IMG/VR virus record: IMGVR_UViG_3300002054_000008
Coordinates: 1-64,000 of that record
Length of the DNA: 64,000 bases
Direction: 5' to 3' (one strand)
Source of the DNA: a virus
Lineage: Duplodnaviria > Caudoviricetes
The notes below the pieces were generated by a model. The model was given only the letters and a program-made list of their open reading frames with translations, did not search any database and was not told the DNA's origin. Position numbers and translations under genes: made by a program. Below are positions 18,752-28,627 of this stretch, in pieces. Every line of letters begins with the position of its first letter. Position 1 is the first letter of the stretch.

Positions 18752-19256
18752 TCTCTAGCAACTCCCTCTTACGAGGTGATAATATATCGAAAAAGTCTAC
18801 TTTATCAACTTCTTTCTTACGTGAGGGAATATCCTTATGGCGCAAAATATGGGTGGTAGAGTTCTTAAATCTGAATGGGATAATTTCAGACTTCCTACCA
18901 TACATTCTATGAAGCATCATACGTGGCTCTAGCCATACAGCACAATGGTTGGCTACACCCGTGGCTGGTCTGTCACCGAAGCCGTGGATTGACATTAGTA
19001 GAACGTCAGACGTTTGCATGTGGTTACCCCAAGGGTCGCCTCGTGGGAAGTCTAGGATTTCAAATCCTTCCTTACGGAAGTTCTCTGCGAATAGGTTAAG
19101 TCCATCCCTTTCCCAACCTTCGTAACGAGCATAATCAGCTTTGACTTCAATATCTTCCATCGTATCAAAATATTTGCTAAGAGTTGTGAGACAGTCCTCA
19201 CCCTTTTCATAGGAGAAGTCCTCACCAAGAAGGTGATTGTACTTACCTTCAAACAT
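18729..19256 (-). CDS. NlpC/P60 domain protein (C-terminal half of tail protein K)
   Basis: DC catalytic Cys, DVLLM, NHCAVW, MLH. Confidence 0.75.
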   Translation of the reverse strand: MFEGKYNHLLGEDFSYEKGEDCLTTLSKYFDTMEDIEVKADYARYEGWERDGLNLFAENFRKEGFEILDFPRGDPWGNHMQTSDVLLMSIHGFGDRPATGVANHCAVWLEPRMMLHRMYGRKSEIIPFRFKNSTTHILRHKDIPSRKKEVDKVDFFDILSPRKRELLENAQRAIE

Positions 19257-19753
19257 TAGATTGACGCCGAAGAGAACTCAGGCTTCAAGAATTGCCTAGA
19301 AGGGATAACACCCTCCTGCCTGTCAGAACGGCTACGAAGTTGTGCCGTGATAAGTTCACCAAGTCCTGTGATTTGAGCAATGTACCATACATTCTTTTCA
19401 TAAGCGGGAGGGTCTGCTGCTAAGTTATCAGGCTTAATCTTATACCTAACTACTGTTGCTCCTTCTAAGTGACCTTCTGCAACAGGAACGTGGAATACAT
19501 CAAGGGGGTTACCAATCGTTAGGGTAGGTCTAATTCTCTGCTCACCAGAATTACGTTTGAAACCTGACACCTTGATAAAAGCGTCATCAAATGTCCAAGG
19601 AGTATTAACATTTGTTGGATGCCATTGATACTCTCTACCTGAATGAGCACGAATTTTACTACCATTCACCAATGTAATATCAAAGAGTTCAATAAACTCT
19701 TGGGGATTAAGCTTTAAACTATCTTCCTTATGACTAGCTGGAATGTCTGCCAT
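19256..19753 (-). CDS. Minor tail protein L-like
   Basis: IELFDI, RPTLTIGN, GATVVR, IPSR; no Cys-rich C-terminal domain. Confidence 0.7.
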   Translation of the reverse strand: MADIPASHKEDSLKLNPQEFIELFDITLVNGSKIRAHSGREYQWHPTNVNTPWTFDDAFIKVSGFKRNSGEQRIRPTLTIGNPLDVFHVPVAEGHLEGATVVRYKIKPDNLAADPPAYEKNVWYIAQITGLGELITAQLRSRSDRQEGVIPSRQFLKPEFSSASI

Positions 19754-20145
19754 TATGATGGATGCTCCCTGAATTTAACTTCTACGTTAGATACCAGACC
19801 GCGATTACCTGTTACTTGTGGAATTGTAAAGGGTGTATCGAATCTAACAATCACGTTGCCAAACACAGGGTGAGGGTAGATAAAGCTTTTCCATGTTCCA
19901 TGTGTCTTGTAAAATTCCCAAAGGGCCATGATGTTATTGTTTGCGTCAATAGTGCCTAGAGCATCAGGGTCACCATTAGGTAAGCTCTTGTAAACCATAG
20001 CAGGAAACGTCAGGCTGAATAGTCTGAGAATAGGTTCAGAAGGTTCATTAGAGAAGCGGAAGCCTCCCTTCAATTCAATACTAGAACTGTTATCCTCTGT
20101 TGTCATTGACGGGTTCCCGTGGAAGGGAAAGTTAAAAGTTTCCAT
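19753..20145 (-). CDS. Distal tail protein (M-like)
   Basis: Immediately after TMP; FYKTHGTWKSFIYPHP motif. Confidence 0.65.
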   Translation of the reverse strand: METFNFPFHGNPSMTTEDNSSSIELKGGFRFSNEPSEPILRLFSLTFPAMVYKSLPNGDPDALGTIDANNNIMALWEFYKTHGTWKSFIYPHPVFGNVIVRFDTPFTIPQVTGNRGLVSNVEVKFREHPS

Positions 20146-23100
20146 TAGTTCATCGCGTGTTTAATTAGCTTCTTAGTTTGTCCACCAGTAGCAATATCCT
20201 GTCCGATAACATGTAGAATATCATCAGGGCCAAGCTGTGGTTTTTCCTCTGGAGCCATAACGTAAACATTTACCTCTTGGCTCTTACCGTCTGGTAAGAC
20301 CATACTCTGTACCGTATCGGGTTTCAGAGCGGCACTACCTAGTGCATTCATTGCGTATAACTTATCCTTACCAATGCTGTCCACTGCTGATTTACGCATC
20401 ATAAATTCACCAGCCTCTGCCATAATAGGAACATGGTCTCTGCCAGTCACTCCAAGGTTAGGGATTCGTCCCCCACCAGAGAAACCTTTAATAGCTCCAC
20501 CACCAGAGAATGTTTGAGGGCTGAAACCAAAGGCTGCGAACAGTTGTTTGATGGCGAAGATAGCAACCTGCTCTGCAAGGATTTTCAAGATAGCTTTCAG
20601 GATAGACTCTGCCATATCTCCAAAAGCCTCACCTACAGATTTAGCTCCAGTCGCAATATCAAAGAACGCATCCCCTAGAGAGTCAGTAGCAACATCTCCT
20701 ACCTCTACAACCTTATCGGCAAAGTTGTCTGATGATAGAGAGGCTTCCTCTAACTTATCAATGTAGGCTTGAAGCCCTTCGTTCAGTGCTTCTGTCCAGT
20801 TATACATATCAGGAGCAGCTTCTCCAGTAACAGCACCAATCTCTCTCTGCAAATCTCTGATGCGCTTTTGAGATTCAATAATTTCATCTGCTTTAGCAGT
20901 AATTTCACCATCAATTTCAAGACCTTGGGCTTTCAACTGATTGATTTCTCTACTAGCTTGCTTCATTTCATCAGGGCTATAGTTTCCACCAGTGTTAGCA
21001 AGGATTTCTTCTGCTCTGCGTAGCTTAGCATCAATGTCAGCTTTAGAAGCCTCAAGAGCCGCTTGGTCAGCAGTTAGTCTAGCGAGGTTCTCTGTCTTCA
21101 ATAAGTCCAGTTCAGTACGCATAGCTTTTACTTGTGCATTCTGAATTTCCCTATCAAGATTATCTTTATGAACCTGACTGAACTTACCTTTATTACTGGC
21201 GGCATCTGTTGCATCACGAGCGGCTTGTAGGTCAGCCACGGGGTTCTGTAGAGCTTCAATCTTATCATCAAAAGCCTTGGTTGCCACATCGAATGAGTCC
21301 GTTAACTCTTTCAGAGCGTTACGAATCTGAGGAACTTGTTTCTCTCTAATCTCTGTGTGCATACCATCGAATGATAGGGCAACCTCTTCTCGTTCAGCTT
21401 TGAGAGTGGCATTAAGCTTCGTCATTTCTAGGTCTAGTAATTCGGTATCACCTGCCAAACGGAAACGTAAGTCCTCACGAGCCGCTAGTTCTTTATCAGA
21501 CTGTAGCTGTAGAGCACGTTGTTTAGCTGCCTCGATTTCATTTAGTGAGCTTCTCTTAGTAACTCTCTTACGCTCAAGAGCAATTTCTTTCTCAAGTTGA
21601 ATCTCAAGAGACTCATAGGAAATCTTGCGAGTTCTGATTTCCTTCTCAAGGCTCAACTTATCCAGAGCAGCAATAACCTTTTCTCTTTCTAGGCGTAGGG
21701 AAGTAGCGAAGGTTGCTTCTGCAATCTCTCTTTCTTTGCCGTGCTTTCCTTCCCTATCTAAACGAGCAGTCTCTTGGGCAAGTGCAGCTTCTTGTTTCTC
21801 TGCAAGCCTTTCTAGGATAGCTGCTCTACCTTGAGCAATTACATTTTCTGAATCTTTAACATCAAGAGACCTGCGGATTAAATCAATCTCACGCTGGCGG
21901 TTAGCTTGCTGTAGCTTGAATCCAGCATCAAATTCCCTTAACTGTTGGTCAGTCATTTTAACCGCAGCTTCTGCGCGAGATAATAAAGCTGCACCTGTTT
22001 GGGATAGGCCAGATGCTGCAAACTCACGCTCTTGGCCAGTTGCTTTGAACTTAGCGGTATCAGCATCCACAGCTTTCCTAATGGCCTCTACGACTTGCTC
22101 TACTGTTTGTGAACCTTCTGGAAGTGGAAGGTCTTTGTTAGTGAAGTTACTTCTATCACTCTTGGCCTTAGCAAGTTGTTGGTCTAATGAAATCAAAATA
22201 GACCGAGAAGCAGAAGCTTCATCACTACTGTTAAAGGTATTTTGGGTTACCTCACGTTTTTGCCCTGCAATAGATTGTGTGGTTTGAACAACAGGTAGGA
22301 ACTTACTGGTGAACTCTTGCAAGTATCTATTTTGAGCATTGATAACAGCTTGAGCATCAGCAATATCTTCTTCACGAGTTGTGTTATCTTGGAAACGGAA
22401 ACCGAAGTTAGAGTTTCTACCCTCTTCAATTCGTTCATTTAGCAGAGCTTCATCCTTTGGAGACAACACCCCATTTTGCATAGCTAGGGTTAGTCTGTTG
22501 TTATCAGCCTGAATTTTAGTCACTGCTCTGTATAGTTCTAGGATTCCAGTATCATTGAGCTTACCATTATCAAATTGTCTTGCTTGTCCAACAATATCGC
22601 TGTCGAAACCAAATGGTGATAAGGTAGAAGACCTGCGAAAACCTCCATAAGCATCCTTCGGAAGGACACCAGCTAGTTTCTTACGAGCCTGTTTGGATTG
22701 TCCTTCAAGTAGTCTTGTAGATTCATCAATGCTGGTGTTAAGTTCTACGTTACGCACGTCTAACATAACATCACGAAGACGCTCTAACTCTGGAACTAGG
22801 TCTTGAATTTTACCATTAGTGAAATCAAATGAACCCCCAAGGTCTCCAAACTTTAATTGTAACTCAAGGGCGATGTTATTCACCTCTTGCATACTCTCCC
22901 CAGCTTCAAAGTGACGTTGGGTAAGAATTTCAATCTCTTTGTCGATTGACCTGATGTTAGCGGTGTAAGTTTCAAGCTTACCTGAGCTTTCATCAACAGA
23001 TGCTTTTAGTTCATCGACGCTCTCTGAGAAGAAATCAATACCTATTTTAGCCAAGCCAATAACCGCTGTGATAGCTGCGATACCCCCACCGACTGGCCCC

Positions 23101-25178
23101 ATAGCTACGAGTAAGCCTTTGTAACCTAGTCCTGCTGCACGAGTCGCCGCAGCCTCTCCTAGTAATCCAGCGATAGATGCTTTACCTACGAGATTACGTG
23201 CCAACAGAGCAGCACGGTTAGCGATTACAGCGGCTGTGTAAGCAACTAAGGCAGTGGTAACGATAGGAACTACTGGCCCAAGGTTATTCAAGCCTCGTAA
23301 GAAGAGTCCTAGAATATCAGCACCAAATTTAAGAGCGTCTACAAGTGGGCCTAGAGCCTTGGCAGCGAAAGTACCGAAGATAGATTGTAGCTGTAGACCT
23401 TTGTTAGCTAGGGCTTCCATCTGCACAGCGTTAGCTTCTGCGGCGGCAGAGGATAGTAAGAACTTCTGACGAAGTTCTTCAATAGTGGAGGCATTGTTTG
23501 TAAGGGCGGCGTAAGCAGCACCTGCTCGGACTTCGAGAACTTGTAGAGCATCAGATGTTGTGAAACCTGCATCCTGTAGATTTTTAAGAACTCCAGTTAG
23601 ACCATATAATTTTACGTTTACATCATCAGTAGATAGACCTAATTCTGTCAGGCGAGAGTTTAACTTTTCTGATGGTGCAGCAAGAGCAGTAAGAATCTGG
23701 CGAAGACCTGTACCAAGTGTTGACCCTGAACGAATACCAGAGTTGGCCATAGCGCCCAACGTGGCTGTTAATTCAGAGAATGTGATGTTCTGCTCATTAG
23801 CGATGTTACCAGCATACTGTAGTCCTAGTGTTAGTTTCTCTAGGTTAAGCTTAGAGTTGTTAACCGCAGTTGTGAATACGTTAGCGATGTTGCCAGCTTC
23901 TTCTGCTCGAAGGTTGAAGACAGAGATTGTTGAAGTAACAAGGTCAACAGCAGTCTTTAGGTCTGTACCAACAGCAGTAGCCAATAGAGTAATGTTCTGA
24001 ATAGACCCTGTGATTTGTTCAACAGAGAAACCTGCCTGACCCATAATAGTGGCAGCTTCCGCAACTTCAAGCGCGGTAAACTTAACACCTTCTGAAACCT
24101 CAACGATGGTTTTTTCAAGCTTACCCATAGATTCATCTGTAGTAGCGGTAATGGCTTGTAGTTGTGCAAATTCTCTATCTAGGTCAACAACGAATTTACC
24201 TGCGAATGAAAGTGCACGGAAAGCAAGACCCATAGCCGCATAGTTAGCAAGCAACTGCGCCTGAATTTTCAAAAGTCCAGCACCACCATCCTTTAGACGA
24301 TTGTTTAATGAGGCCAGTGGGTCAACAGAGCTTGCTGCACGAGCCTTGGCACGAGCGATACTTTCATTAAGTCTAACTTGTTCTTTCAGTTGAGCATTGG
24401 TTAGTCTCTCTTGGTTAATCTGGAACTGCTTAGACTTAGCGATACGAGCATTCTGAATTTCACGTTTGGCCCCAACAATGTTTCCATCTTTGCGGAGAAT
24501 ATTAGCTCGGTCTAGGGCGCTGTTAATTTTTACCTGTTGTGCGGCTACACGCTTAGAAGCAGACTCAACCTGCTTCATAGCAGCTACTTGCTTTTCAGCA
24601 GCAGCTACATCAAGCTGACTATTTGCAAGGTTTGTGGATAGGCGATTAGAACTTCTACCATCAGTGTTACCAGCGAACTGTCTAGCAGCTTCACCAGCAC
24701 GTAACTTAGCAGCTTCTAATTTAACTTGGGCTTGCTTTAAGGTCAGAACTTCTCTGTTAGCAAACTCCTGACGTGTTAGAGTTGTTAGAGCAATAGCCTG
24801 TTGCTTTTCTAATTCTGTATGGTGGCTTGCTAAGCGAAGACGAGCATCCTTACTTAACTTGAGAATACGTTCAGCTTCTTGAACATTTCTCTTGGCGATA
24901 ATACCACGGTTAATCGCTGCTTTACGTTCAGCTTCGGCCCCGCCGCCAGCAATGAGAGAGTTACCTGCTCGGTCTAATTTAACATTGGAAGAGAAGCCCT
25001 GCTTGTCAGCAAGGGCTTGCAGGTTCATCAGCTTAACGACTTCACCATTAGCATCTTTCGCTCTTTGCTCAAATCTGGCAACAGCTTTTTCAGCATTAGC
25101 GAGTTGGGTCTTCAATTTCTTGAGAGACCCTCCGTCGAAGAACTTTACTAAATACTCAATCTGTGTGTCGTCAATCAT
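20145..25178 (-). CDS. Tape measure protein
   Basis: 1677 aa, helical Ala-rich, TP901-type core (AGFS, GSTLGTGLR), C-terminal FSGGG...AGEFMMR. Confidence 0.92.
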   Translation of the reverse strand: MIDDTQIEYLVKFFDGGSLKKLKTQLANAEKAVARFEQRAKDANGEVVKLMNLQALADKQGFSSNVKLDRAGNSLIAGGGAEAERKAAINRGIIAKRNVQEAERILKLSKDARLRLASHHTELEKQQAIALTTLTRQEFANREVLTLKQAQVKLEAAKLRAGEAARQFAGNTDGRSSNRLSTNLANSQLDVAAAEKQVAAMKQVESASKRVAAQQVKINSALDRANILRKDGNIVGAKREIQNARIAKSKQFQINQERLTNAQLKEQVRLNESIARAKARAASSVDPLASLNNRLKDGGAGLLKIQAQLLANYAAMGLAFRALSFAGKFVVDLDREFAQLQAITATTDESMGKLEKTIVEVSEGVKFTALEVAEAATIMGQAGFSVEQITGSIQNITLLATAVGTDLKTAVDLVTSTISVFNLRAEEAGNIANVFTTAVNNSKLNLEKLTLGLQYAGNIANEQNITFSELTATLGAMANSGIRSGSTLGTGLRQILTALAAPSEKLNSRLTELGLSTDDVNVKLYGLTGVLKNLQDAGFTTSDALQVLEVRAGAAYAALTNNASTIEELRQKFLLSSAAAEANAVQMEALANKGLQLQSIFGTFAAKALGPLVDALKFGADILGLFLRGLNNLGPVVPIVTTALVAYTAAVIANRAALLARNLVGKASIAGLLGEAAATRAAGLGYKGLLVAMGPVGGGIAAITAVIGLAKIGIDFFSESVDELKASVDESSGKLETYTANIRSIDKEIEILTQRHFEAGESMQEVNNIALELQLKFGDLGGSFDFTNGKIQDLVPELERLRDVMLDVRNVELNTSIDESTRLLEGQSKQARKKLAGVLPKDAYGGFRRSSTLSPFGFDSDIVGQARQFDNGKLNDTGILELYRAVTKIQADNNRLTLAMQNGVLSPKDEALLNERIEEGRNSNFGFRFQDNTTREEDIADAQAVINAQNRYLQEFTSKFLPVVQTTQSIAGQKREVTQNTFNSSDEASASRSILISLDQQLAKAKSDRSNFTNKDLPLPEGSQTVEQVVEAIRKAVDADTAKFKATGQEREFAASGLSQTGAALLSRAEAAVKMTDQQLREFDAGFKLQQANRQREIDLIRRSLDVKDSENVIAQGRAAILERLAEKQEAALAQETARLDREGKHGKEREIAEATFATSLRLEREKVIAALDKLSLEKEIRTRKISYESLEIQLEKEIALERKRVTKRSSLNEIEAAKQRALQLQSDKELAAREDLRFRLAGDTELLDLEMTKLNATLKAEREEVALSFDGMHTEIREKQVPQIRNALKELTDSFDVATKAFDDKIEALQNPVADLQAARDATDAASNKGKFSQVHKDNLDREIQNAQVKAMRTELDLLKTENLARLTADQAALEASKADIDAKLRRAEEILANTGGNYSPDEMKQASREINQLKAQGLEIDGEITAKADEIIESQKRIRDLQREIGAVTGEAAPDMYNWTEALNEGLQAYIDKLEEASLSSDNFADKVVEVGDVATDSLGDAFFDIATGAKSVGEAFGDMAESILKAILKILAEQVAIFAIKQLFAAFGFSPQTFSGGGAIKGFSGGGRIPNLGVTGRDHVPIMAEAGEFMMRKSAVDSIGKDKLYAMNALGSAALKPDTVQSMVLPDGKSQEVNVYVMAPEEKPQLGPDDILHVIGQDIATGGQTKKLIKHAMN

Positions 25179-25591
25179 TACATGCCCATTTCGTCAAAGG
25201 CTCTACGGAAGTCTGCGGCAGTATGAACAGTTTCGGTATCTCCAGAAGTGCTAGAAGCCTTCCCTTTCTTACCAAACAACGCCGATAGCGTGTTATCCAC
25301 AATACCAATGAGAGACTTCTTAACCTCTCCTGTCGTAGCACAAGCCTCTCCTAGTTTGAGGTCTGTGCTAATCTTTACATCTTCCCATGTAATCTCCCAA
25401 ATAAAGCCATTTATTTGGGAGGGCCGTTTGTCAAATACCCAACAGAGTTGTTTCTGATGGTTTAAGGTGCTGTACCATTCGAGGATAACATTGAGTTCGT
25501 CAGTTCCTCCGTCTCCGTTGTTGTTTTTTGAATGATTTCGCCCGTTGCTTTTGCCGCTTTTAGTGTCGATTCCACTTTCCTCGCGAAAAAA
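25178..25591 (-). CDS. Tail assembly chaperone GT extension (-1 frameshift frame)
   Basis: Open -1 frame overlapping chaperone G and ending at the TMP start; slippery T TTT TTC at 25591-25585. Confidence 0.65.
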   Translation of the reverse strand, partial: FFREESGIDTKSGKSNGRNHSKNNNGDGGTDELNVILEWYSTLNHQKQLCWVFDKRPSQINGFIWEITWEDVKISTDLKLGEACATTGEVKKSLIGIVDNTLSALFGKKGKASSTSGDTETVHTAADFRRAFDEMGM

Positions 25592-25869
25592 CCAAAGGCA
25601 TGTGCTAAACCCCACTCTCCAATAGCTTCACCTTCTGCCATTGAAAGCTCGAAAGATTCAACATCAGGATAATCCTCTGGCTCAACGCCTTTGTCGGATA
25701 ATAGAATTTGTGTGATAGTCGCTAGAATAGCTGGGTCTGCGTGGGACGTTGTTAGTCCAGTCAGTCCCTCTGGAAAAATAGAGATGATTCTTAGAAGCCT
25801 TGCATAGCTCATAAAGATTTCTCTTTCTCCTACTTTGAGCGTATCGCTCGGTGCTTTAAAGTCAGTCAT
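25462..25869 (-). CDS. Tail assembly chaperone G
   Basis: Between tail tube and TMP; GAGGGA RBS. Confidence 0.75.
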   Translation of the reverse strand: MTDFKAPSDTLKVGEREIFMSYARLLRIISIFPEGLTGLTTSHADPAILATITQILLSDKGVEPEDYPDVESFELSMAEGEAIGEWGLAHAFGFFARKVESTLKAAKATGEIIQKTTTETEELTNSMLSSNGTAP

Positions 25870-25892
25870 ATTTGTTCTTCCCTCATAAAAGA

Positions 25893-25924
25893 TTGATGCC
25901 TTGGAAATTACTCCAAGGCATCAA
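25893..25924 (-). terminator. Rho-independent terminator after tail tube gene
   Basis: 13-bp stem TTGATGCCTTGGA/TCCAAGGCATCAA followed by TCTTTT on the minus strand. Confidence 0.7.
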
Positions 25925-25964
25925 GTTAATCAAGCCATATTTTGAGGGAGGGCTTTGACTATTC

Positions 25965-26732
25965 TTAGACGATAAGGCGTCCTTGAGCGCATCCGAACTC
26001 CGCGAAGTCTGCGTCTGCGTCAACCAATGAGTAAGGTTGAATCTCGAAAGGCATGTTACCATAATCTGATGTTCCGAACTGAACATTGAAACCACGAACG
26101 ATTTTTACTTTAGGGAAGTAGAAGACAACGTCTCCACCATCTGCAAGCTTACCGATAACGGCGCAAGAGTAGTAAATGTCGGCAGGGTCACCAAGGTCAA
26201 GAGCGGTAGCGCGTACTACAGAAGCACCAGAAGCAAGTACAACACCAGTTGGGACTGCGTGTGTAACTGTAAGTTCAGCGGCGGCTGTAGAAGCAACACG
26301 GTTTGCCATAATACCTTTGTTAGTTGCTACGAGGATGTAGTCATCAGCAGCAAAACCTGTTTCGGATGTTACTGGGATTACTACAACGGAACCATCACCT
26401 GTTACGGCTGCTGTTGTCTCTGTTTCGACATTAGCAGTTAGTGCACCAGCGGATAGTCCTAGACCGTAGGCCAAGTTCTTAGCTGTGTACTCATAAACTT
26501 CTGTAGCGACGTTTAGTGTAGCGGACGTGATAACTGAGAACACAGAGCGATTCTGGATTCCTTGTCCAAGGTCAGTTGTTTCCATTTCGCCTGTGATAGC
26601 GACGTTCTTAACGAGACCGATGCTGTCGTCACTTGTCAGATTGAAAAGTTCGCCAACTGCACCGATTCGCACTTCTGCTGTTGATAGCATGAAATTGGTA
26701 GTTTTTGCAGTACCTAAATCTTTTGCGGCCAT
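25965..26732 (-). CDS. Major tail (tube) protein
   Basis: Position, 255 aa, FPKVKI..GF..FGTSDYGNMPFE. Confidence 0.8.
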   Translation of the reverse strand: MAAKDLGTAKTTNFMLSTAEVRIGAVGELFNLTSDDSIGLVKNVAITGEMETTDLGQGIQNRSVFSVITSATLNVATEVYEYTAKNLAYGLGLSAGALTANVETETTAAVTGDGSVVVIPVTSETGFAADDYILVATNKGIMANRVASTAAAELTVTHAVPTGVVLASGASVVRATALDLGDPADIYYSCAVIGKLADGGDVVFYFPKVKIVRGFNVQFGTSDYGNMPFEIQPYSLVDADADFAEFGCAQGRLIV

Positions 26733-26761
26733 AAGGGGGTCTCCATAATTATGTTGATTGT

Positions 26762-26800
26762 AGTATTACTTGATATTGGGTATTAGATAAAGTATTACTT
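26762..26800 (+). promoter_or_regulatory. Promoter TTGATA-N17-TATTAC overlapped by two AGTATTACTT repeats (putative operator)
   Basis: Repeats at 26762-26771 and 26791-26800; AGTA-T-TACT is near-palindromic. Confidence 0.6.
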
Positions 26801-26821
26801 TTACATACTTTTGAGGGAATT

Positions 26822-27010
26822 ATGAAAACACGAGTAAGTTTAACACTTGATGCTGATGTTGAAGAAACATTACGTCTCCAAGCAACAGTCCTAGATGTGC
26901 CATTCAGCCGTTATGTTAATAAACTATTGAGAGAGAAGCTTAATGTACAGAGTGACCAAATTGAGGCCGCTCTAATTAGATTAGAACGTAAGCGTCAGGT
27001 TGAAGATTAG
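26822..27010 (+). CDS. Ribbon-helix-helix (CopG/Arc-like) DNA-binding protein
   Basis: MKTRVSLTLD beta strand, two helices, FSRYVNKLL; GAGGGA RBS. Confidence 0.75.
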   Translation: MKTRVSLTLDADVEETLRLQATVLDVPFSRYVNKLLREKLNVQSDQIEAALIRLERKRQVED

Positions 27011-27421
27011 GCTGACTGTCTGAAACGGTCTAGTCTTATTAAGCCTTACAACTGGGGAAGCCATAAAACCTCCATCCGAAGCCATAAAGCCAAGAGGGTG
27101 ACCAGACTGGTGATGTAGGATTGGAATGGTTACAGTTTTACCAGCGCAGTTCTCTACCACCTGATTGACCAAATCATTAAGCCTCTGAATCTGTGGGTCA
27201 CTATGTGTACAAGCAGCAACTTTAAAACCTACCTCTCCCATAGTATCTCGTGCAGACACATAAAACTCAAGTGGGCCAAGGAAGTCTTCCTGCTCGATGT
27301 TCTCTTCGTCGGCAGTCGAGTCGAAGTCAAAGATTTCAACAGGCGCTGGAAGCTGCTGAGCAATATCATAAATCCAATTAGAAATTGAAGCTTTTAGGCT
27401 TAGGTATAGGTCGTCTGTCAT
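26981..27421 (-). CDS. Putative tail terminator/completion protein
   Basis: Position upstream of tail tube, size, acidic. Confidence 0.55.
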   Translation of the reverse strand: MTDDLYLSLKASISNWIYDIAQQLPAPVEIFDFDSTADEENIEQEDFLGPLEFYVSARDTMGEVGFKVAACTHSDPQIQRLNDLVNQVVENCAGKTVTIPILHHQSGHPLGFMASDGGFMASPVVRLNKTRPFQTVSLIFNLTLTF

Positions 27422-28086
27422 TTAATAACCTCTGGTAAATGTTTGTTTAACCACCAGCGCATAAACGAATAGAACGCAGGTCTGTAAGGATTTCTTTTAC
27501 CCTTGCTCTGCTGGTTTGTCAACTTGGCATAAATATCTTGGTGAGCACCATTGAAAATATCCCTCTCAAGCTTCTTAGGTTTGAAGTTAGCATCAACCTT
27601 AGAGAAGGGTTCATGTACGACCTTAACCTGAAAGTTCTTTAAACCTGTTGCCCCTGATGCGAACTTACCCGTCTTAATGTTTCGTGCTGCTGTGCCAACC
27701 TGTGTGAAGCCCTTCTTGGCTCCCCTAGAGCTTTGCTCAATATAGAAGCTAGATTTACCCAATAGGTTGGTTGTTTGGCTGGATAGGTTCCTTACATCAT
27801 CCTGCAAAGCCCCTGTGTTCTTAAAGAATCCAGCACCGCTAGGCTTCTTGGAAGCATAGCTGGCTGAAAGAGCAGCATACTTAGGTGTGTAGATTCCTAG
27901 AGGTGGAGCCGCAGCAGTATCTAAAGCCATAGCTGCAAACAAGTCGAAGAACTGTGATACTGAATTTTGAACTCTGTAGTGGTCTTGCTTAGCGTTCTTA
28001 CGCACCTGCTTCATAGACCCTGCCATACCTCCACTGATAATCTGGTCAATGGTAGCAGATAGTTTATTCGTATTCGATTTGGCCAA
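27418..28086 (-). CDS. Putative neck/tail-completion protein
   Basis: Basic; TGAL and RP.F motifs; position. Confidence 0.5.
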   Translation of the reverse strand: MAKSNTNKLSATIDQIISGGMAGSMKQVRKNAKQDHYRVQNSVSQFFDLFAAMALDTAAAPPLGIYTPKYAALSASYASKKPSGAGFFKNTGALQDDVRNLSSQTTNLLGKSSFYIEQSSRGAKKGFTQVGTAARNIKTGKFASGATGLKNFQVKVVHEPFSKVDANFKPKKLERDIFNGAHQDIYAKLTNQQSKGKRNPYRPAFYSFMRWWLNKHLPEVIK

Positions 28087-28627
28087 TGTAGACTCCTAGC
28101 TGCTGGTCTACTCTCTCTACCACAGCCTTTTTAGGGTTATTCATAACCTGAATTAAATCGCCCTCGACAATAGGATAGCCTGTGATGATTTGCTGTCTCT
28201 TGACGGTTTGTCCTAGATTGTCACTGCCAGACGAGCGAATCTCGAATGCAATCCAGATACCTTGTGTCCACACAGGTTGACCCTCAACCAGTTGTTTAGA
28301 AACAGGGTCGCGAGTCTTAACACCTTCTCTGCCGATTGCAGCTATGTCGGTCATACCAAATAGCTTGTAGTGCGTGTATAAGTGTTTCCCTTTGAGGAAC
28401 TGGTCACCGTGGTCTGCAACCAAGAAGATACGCCCATTAGGGTCTTCGAAGGTATCTCCTACCTGTAAGATGCTGTCAGGTAGAACACGGAACAATCGTC
28501 TAGGTGAATTGAAATTAGACACACGAGTAGTTACGGGAATATCAGTCAACTGCCCGTAGAAAGACGAACCAAGGGTTGTCTTCAATTTATACATATTCTC
28601 TTTAACAATCCTATGTAGGCTACTCAT
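28064..28627 (-). CDS. Putative head-closure protein
   Basis: Position in head-tail joining block. Confidence 0.5.
   Translation of the reverse strand: MSSLHRIVKENMYKLKTTLGSSFYGQLTDIPVTTRVSNFNSPRRLFRVLPDSILQVGDTFEDPNGRIFLVADHGDQFLKGKHLYTHYKLFGMTDIAAIGREGVKTRDPVSKQLVEGQPVWTQGIWIAFEIRSSGSDNLGQTVKRQQIITGYPIVEGDLIQVMNNPKKAVVERVDQQLGVYIGQIEYE

Noticed and set aside
10682-25457. Numerous antisense and alternate-frame ORFs within J and the tape measure gene
   Set aside because: Shadow ORFs from Ala/Ser-rich codon bias; no recognisable motifs.
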